A DNA stretch of 62,792 nt, the filler included. It is 6 parts of 6 records of this genome, joined end to end, with 100 filler letters (N's around TTAATTAATTAA, not from the genome) between each part and the next. Parts side by side here need not be neighbours in the genome. Positions count along the whole stretch, not along the records: positions 57,624 to 62,792 come from SRR31156797_6363; 5 more parts are not named here. One strand, given 5' to 3'. Below, in pieces: positions 58,116 through 62,792 of this stretch. Numbering within the stretch: position 1 is the first letter of the stretch; the number at the start of each line of letters is the position of its first letter. The translations under genes were made by a program, and so were the position numbers. The notes below the pieces were generated by a model. The model did not search any database and was not told where the DNA came from. It worked only from the letters and a program-made list of their open reading frames with translations.

Positions 58116-58949
58116 ATGAAAACAACAAGGATACCCAACACCATCCAGGACCATATCGCAGAAACCCTTTTCATCCCGCTGTTGATGAAACGCAATGAGA
58201 CCCATCGGGAAAACCCGTTTTTCACCGATTCCTTTGCCTGTGAAATGGTGGACAGGATCGACTACGACTTTTCAAGATTTGAAGGGGCCGTTAAAAGTTC
58301 CGTGGGCGTCGCCATCCGTTCAAAATACTATGACCAGGTCACCCGGGAGTTCATTGACAGCCATGACGCCCCTGTGGTCGTCAATGTGGGCTGCGGCCTG
58401 GACGCCCGGTTCCAACGCCTGGGAAAGGCGGTGACCGCGAGGGCGGTATTCTATGAGATGGATCTTCCCGAAACCATGGACCTGAGGGAAAAGCTGCTTG
58501 AACCCTCTGAAAATGACATTTACCTGAAGGCCTCCATGTTTGAGACCGGCTGGATGGATACATTGAAAGCGAAACATCCCCGGTCCAGCTTCCTTTTTAT
58601 CGTGGAAGGGGTGTTCATGTACTTTGAAAAGGAACAGATGAAACAGGTGTTTGTCCACCTGGCCCAAAGATTTGCCCAAAGCCGCATCCTCTTTGATGTC
58701 ACCAGCAGCTGGATGTGCAAAAATTCCCACCGCCATGACACCGTCAAGAACACCAACGCCCCGTTCAAGCTGGCACTGGATGACAACCGGGAGATCGAAT
58801 CCTGGGCCGACAACCTGACCCTGGAATCGGTGCGCCACTACGGGGACTTCAAGGACTGGAAACAAAGCGGGCTCATGGTCACCTGGATGATGAAGCTGGT
58901 CCCGTTCTTGAAAAACGCAAGCCGGATGCTCTGCTACCGTATCGGCTGA
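58116..58949 (+). CDS. Class I SAM-dependent methyltransferase (LCM/TcmP-like)
   Basis: 'ETLFIPL', 'VVNVGCGLDARF', 'EMDLPE', 'EGVFMYF'. Confidence 0.88.
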   Translation: MKTTRIPNTIQDHIAETLFIPLLMKRNETHRENPFFTDSFACEMVDRIDYDFSRFEGAVKSSVGVAIRSKYYDQVTREFIDSHDAPVVVNVGCGLDARFQRLGKAVTARAVFYEMDLPETMDLREKLLEPSENDIYLKASMFETGWMDTLKAKHPRSSFLFIVEGVFMYFEKEQMKQVFVHLAQRFAQSRILFDVTSSWMCKNSHRHDTVKNTNAPFKLALDDNREIESWADNLTLESVRHYGDFKDWKQSGLMVTWMMKLVPFLKNASRMLCYRIG

Positions 58950-58977
58950 CACCCACAGCAACACAAGGAGACATAAA

Positions 58978-59997
58978 ATGAAGCCCCTTCCAAAAATGGA
59001 TGTTGACCTTGGATTTCTCTTTGAGACCATCGGCGGCCGGATAAAATCACGGCTGCTCCTGGCGGCCATTGAGCTTAAACTGTTCGATCATCTCACATCA
59101 GAACAATCCCTTGGGGAGATCGCCCGCGCCCTTGGCAGCCATCCCGGGAACACCGGTTTTTTTCTGGACAGCCTGGTGGCATCCGGGTTTATCGAAAAAA
59201 AGAACGGCCTCTATCAGAACAACGATGCCGCGGCAGCAGCCCTGGTGACCACCAGCCCGGCCTATATCGGAGAGATGATTCAACTGATGAATTCCATGAG
59301 CGTGGGAGACAGCTCGGAGCTTCGATCCCTTGTGCTGAACGGGCCACCCCCGACGCGGCCCAATTCCGGAAGCCCGGAGACCTGGGCCGCCTATGCCCGG
59401 TCCATGGCCAACTACCAGCGGGGAGGAATCGCCCTAAAAATGGCTGAGATCGTTTCCCGGACCAAAGGGTTTTCCTCCTTTGGCAAAATGCTGGATCTCG
59501 GCGGCGGCCCGGGCCTCTACTGCCTGGCCATGGTGGCGGAACACCCCTCCATGACCGGCGTTGTCTTTGACCAGCCGCCCGTTGCAAAGGTGGCCGGGGA
59601 GTTTATCCGGGCCTATGGAATGGAAGAGCGGGTCACGGTGATGGACGGTGATTTTGCAAAGGATTCCATTGGCGAGGGGTATGACCTGATCTGGGCCAGT
59701 GCGACCCTTAATTTCGTTCGCAGGGACCTCAACGCCATGGTGAAAAAGATCTACGATGCCCTTGCCCCCGGCGGGGTTTTCATGAGCTTTGCCGACGGGC
59801 TCACCCATGAACGCACCCAGCCGTCCATCTACGTGCTGACAAACCTGATAAACGTGCTCAAGGGCGAGGATCTCATGTTTGAAAAGGGCGAAATCGCCCG
59901 CGCCATGGAAACGGCGGGTTTCCGGGAGATCGAAAGCACCACGGTGGAAACACCCATGATGCCCATGGAACTGGACATTGCCAGGAAACCCCGGTGA
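58978..59997 (+). CDS. O-methyltransferase family 2 with dimerisation domain
   Basis: 'AAIELKLFDHL', 'LDLGGGPG', 'VFDQP', 'GDF', 'LAPGG'. Confidence 0.88.
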   Translation: MKPLPKMDVDLGFLFETIGGRIKSRLLLAAIELKLFDHLTSEQSLGEIARALGSHPGNTGFFLDSLVASGFIEKKNGLYQNNDAAAAALVTTSPAYIGEMIQLMNSMSVGDSSELRSLVLNGPPPTRPNSGSPETWAAYARSMANYQRGGIALKMAEIVSRTKGFSSFGKMLDLGGGPGLYCLAMVAEHPSMTGVVFDQPPVAKVAGEFIRAYGMEERVTVMDGDFAKDSIGEGYDLIWASATLNFVRRDLNAMVKKIYDALAPGGVFMSFADGLTHERTQPSIYVLTNLINVLKGEDLMFEKGEIARAMETAGFREIESTTVETPMMPMELDIARKPR

Positions 59998-60019
59998 TAA
60001 CCGGCAAAGGAGTCGACCC

Positions 60020-61039
60020 ATGGAGACAGCCCGGACACTGAACCGCCTGCGGGTCAAAATGAACCTGCTGGACAGCCCCGCTGCCGGCACCAGCGGCTTT
60101 GACACCCGCCCCCGCTACTTTGAACCGGTTCTCTCCTGGAACGACCGCCTGTTGTCCCGGGCCTTCAGCGAGATCCGGCTGGGCCCGGGCCTGAAGCTGC
60201 ACCTCTACAGTTTGACCCCCCAGACCACCCTCACCGTGGCGTTTGAGGTGGGTCATTCCCCCCTGGAGTTCACCTTCTACGAATCGGGCAGGCTGGAGTA
60301 CACCATCATCGACAGGAACCGCCAGACCATCAGCTCCTGTTCCCGGCCGGGCTTGAGCACCCTTTCCTACGTTCCCTCGGCCAGGGGCACCATGGCGTTC
60401 CGGCCGGAAGCCCCGATAAAGGCGCTGTCCATCCGGGCGGACCCAAGGTTTGTGAGCCACCACCTGGGCCCCCTCTCCCCCGACCTTCCCCAGGCCTTCA
60501 GGCAGGTGCTCTGCAACAGCAACAGCAGCAGCAAAAACTTCTACTCCGAGGCCCCCATGACCCCGGCCATGGAGATCGCGGTGCAGCAGATCCTGAATTG
60601 TCCCTGCCAGGACGCCATGAAACCGGTCTACCTGGCAGGCAAGGCCCTTGAGCTCATTGCCCTGCGGGTCTCCCAGCTCATCCGGACACCGGACAGGCCA
60701 AAAATCCAGGAACAGGACCTGGCGCCCATCCGGCAGTGCCGGGAGCTGCTGCTCCGGAATATCCAGGCGCCTCCCTCCCTCCGGGACCTGGCCAAGGCGG
60801 TCGGCCTGCCCCACACAAAACTCAACCGGGAATTCCGTAAACGCTACGGCACCACGGTATTTGCCTACCTTCGCCAGCAGCGGCTCAACCAGGGCCTGGC
60901 CCTCCTCCAGGCCGGCACCATGAATGTCACCCAGATCGCCTATGAGACCGGGTTCAGCAGTCCCAGTCATTTCTCCAGGGCCTTTTTCCAACGGTACGGA
61001 CTTCAGCCAAGTTCCCTGTTGAAATCAACGGAATCCTGA
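60020..61039 (+). CDS. AraC-family regulator (PchR/YbtA-like)
   Basis: AAAGGAG RBS; 'PPSLRDLAKAVGL..TKLNREF', 'IAYETGFSSPSHFSRAF'. Confidence 0.9.
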   Translation: METARTLNRLRVKMNLLDSPAAGTSGFDTRPRYFEPVLSWNDRLLSRAFSEIRLGPGLKLHLYSLTPQTTLTVAFEVGHSPLEFTFYESGRLEYTIIDRNRQTISSCSRPGLSTLSYVPSARGTMAFRPEAPIKALSIRADPRFVSHHLGPLSPDLPQAFRQVLCNSNSSSKNFYSEAPMTPAMEIAVQQILNCPCQDAMKPVYLAGKALELIALRVSQLIRTPDRPKIQEQDLAPIRQCRELLLRNIQAPPSLRDLAKAVGLPHTKLNREFRKRYGTTVFAYLRQQRLNQGLALLQAGTMNVTQIAYETGFSSPSHFSRAFFQRYGLQPSSLLKSTES

Positions 61040-61123
61040 CCCTCGAAGGCCTCCCCCTGTTCTTTAAATATCCAACCGAATTCCGCATGTGTTAGCCCGC
61101 CACCCCCAAAAGCGCTATACTGC

Positions 61124-61153
61124 AAACTTATTTTGGACAGCTAAACTTATTTT
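61124..61153 (+). promoter_or_regulatory. Direct repeat upstream of the TonB receptor (candidate regulator site)
   Basis: AAACTTATTTT at 61124 and 61143, flanking TTTGG-ACAG-CTAAA. Confidence 0.4.
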
Positions 61154-61187
61154 ACCCATCACCATCGGCACCCCAAAGGAGCATCAG

Positions 61188-62792
61188 ATGAAGCAGAACA
61201 GAGTGATTTCAGGATTAACGGGCTGGATTCCCATTTCCCTATTTTTGTTATCCTTTTTCCCGGCATTGACCGCCCATGCCGGGGAATCGAAAGACAAGGA
61301 TATCCAGCTGGACGCAGTCACGGTGACGGCCCAGAAGGTGACCGCGGATGCCCAGGATGTTCCCATGAGCATCTCGGTGTTTGACGGGCTCGAGCTCGAG
61401 GACCATGGCATCGGCAACATGGAACAACTCACCGGCCTGGTTCCCAACCTCGGCTACAACAAGATCGACGCCCACACCACCCAACTCAACTTCCGGGGCA
61501 TCGGCGGCATGACCAACATGAACAAGGTGTGGAACGTCAACATCGACGGGGTCACCATCCCCTATGCGGCCCTGGACACCTTCTTTGACGTGGACCGGGT
61601 GGAGATCCTCAGGGGATCCCAGGGCGCCCTTTACGGCCGCAACACCCATGCCGGCCTTGTCAAAATCCTGACCCGTGATCCCGAGCCCGATTTCACCGCC
61701 GACGCCACCCTCAACTTTGGCAGCCACAACACCTGGTCGGCGGGCGGGGCCCTGGGCGGCCCCATCTCCGACACCCTGGGGTTCAGGGCGGCGGTCAAGT
61801 TCCACGAGTCCGACGGATTCCATCACAATGATTACCTGGACAAAGACGACACCAACAAGGAGGATCAGGTTTCCGCAAGATTCAAGCTCCAGTTCACCCC
61901 CATGGACGACCTGCGCATGACCCTCTCCTTTCTGGGCGACCGGTATGACGCCGGATTCGACGCCTTTGCCCCCCTCTCCGAAGGGGCCAGCCACGACACC
62001 ACGAACAACGAACCGGGCAACAACTCAGGGAACCTGATCTCTCCGACCCTGAACCTGGAAAAGCGGTTTGACACCGTCACCCTCACCTCCATCACCAACT
62101 ACACCAACGCCGCCTATGAGTTCCTACTGGACCAGGATTTCTCACAGTTTGACATGATGGTCTTCAACTACGATGATGAGATCACCTCCCTGACCCAGGA
62201 GTTCCGCCTGGCCTCCAACGATGAGGATGCGGATTTCAAGTGGCTGGCAGGACTGTTTTTCATGGTTGAACAGATCGATAGCAACTCCAGGTTTGACCTT
62301 GGCAATGATGCTCCGATGATGGGAAATCCGGCCATGGTCGCCGGCATGTACCAGGAGGCGAGCGCCACGGTGGACACCACCGGCATGGCGGGATTTGGAC
62401 GGTTCACCTGGAAGTTTCTGCCGAAATTCGAACTCGCGGGCGGCCTGCGGCTCGATTATGAAAAAAAGAAGCTTGACTGGCAGGGCGGCGCCGGCATGGG
62501 CAGCTTTGCCATGCCAGCCGTCAACTATGACCGGGACGACGACTGGCTGGCCCTTTTGCCCTCCGCCAGCATTTCCTATGAGCTGAAGCCGGGCCAGACC
62601 ATCTACACCTCGATCTCCCGGGGCTACCATAGCGGCGACTATGCCGCCAACCAGCTCTCCCTGGATGTTGTCAGCATTCCAGTGGATCCGGAGTACACAT
62701 TAACCTATGAAGCGGGTTACAAGGGAGAGCTTCTGAACCGGCGGCTCAGGTTCAATGCCGCGGCCTTTTACATCGACTGGACCGACATGCAG
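61188..62792 (+). CDS. TonB-dependent siderophore receptor, FyuA/Psn-like (3'-truncated; absent from the ORF track)
   Basis: AAAGGAG RBS. MKQNRV...'LDAVTVTAQK', 'VPMSISVF', 'RVEILRGSQGALYGRN'. Appears open to the window end. Confidence 0.9.
   Translation, partial: MKQNRVISGLTGWIPISLFLLSFFPALTAHAGESKDKDIQLDAVTVTAQKVTADAQDVPMSISVFDGLELEDHGIGNMEQLTGLVPNLGYNKIDAHTTQLNFRGIGGMTNMNKVWNVNIDGVTIPYAALDTFFDVDRVEILRGSQGALYGRNTHAGLVKILTRDPEPDFTADATLNFGSHNTWSAGGALGGPISDTLGFRAAVKFHESDGFHHNDYLDKDDTNKEDQVSARFKLQFTPMDDLRMTLSFLGDRYDAGFDAFAPLSEGASHDTTNNEPGNNSGNLISPTLNLEKRFDTVTLTSITNYTNAAYEFLLDQDFSQFDMMVFNYDDEITSLTQEFRLASNDEDADFKWLAGLFFMVEQIDSNSRFDLGNDAPMMGNPAMVAGMYQEASATVDTTGMAGFGRFTWKFLPKFELAGGLRLDYEKKKLDWQGGAGMGSFAMPAVNYDRDDDWLALLPSASISYELKPGQTIYTSISRGYHSGDYAANQLSLDVVSIPVDPEYTLTYEAGYKGELLNRRLRFNAAAFYIDWTDMQ

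Noticed and set aside
51092-62630. Long antisense ORFs (e.g. 51092..51985, 52057..52926, 56245..57045, 59873..60991, 61248..61994)
   Set aside because: Shadow frames of GC-rich genes with clear sense-strand identities.
1-62792. Transposase, integrase, reverse transcriptase, rRNA or prophage genes
   Set aside because: No supporting motifs were seen in any ORF or intergenic region.

Overview
The window is not one locus. Six unrelated contigs are joined by five artificial 100-nt linkers (N44-TTAATTAATTAA-N44). (1) 1-7617, Desulfobacterales-like: GNAT, DtxR/MntR, AraC, a large CoA-dehydratase-activase fusion, a TsaA-like gene remnant and a frameshifted FmdE. (2) 7718-33711, Bacteroidota: tRNA fragment, ECF sigma/FecR/TonB receptor/DUF4249, hpf, an accessory island, MATE/Crp/AraC/LysE and a SusC/SusD-GH30-GH3-GH3 PUL. 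(3) 33812-39024, Bacteroidota: LytS-type kinase, TonB receptor and DUF4382, with twin LytTR-type promoters. (4) 39125-50251, very AT-rich bacterium: hybrid kinase, Ydj/Ynj-like ABC cluster, tandem lipoproteins, LacI and a sugar-binding protein. (5) 50352-57523, spirochaete-like: lepB-lepB-hemW-yebC-ruvCAB-queA. (6) 57624-62792, Desulfobacterales-like: MCP, two methyltransferases, AraC and a FyuA-like TonB receptor. The best candidate for an undescribed system is at 14651-15920. A 155-aa helical hypothetical gene is followed by about 22 highly degenerate, dyad-symmetric 21-bp units (consensus near GATAGCAAATTTGCTATC plus a 3-4 nt spacer, i.e. two helical turns) and then a ~110-nt hairpin. A convergent NDT-like plus UDG-like gene pair lies next to it. 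All product calls come from motif recognition by eye; no searches were run, and taxonomic labels are inferences.
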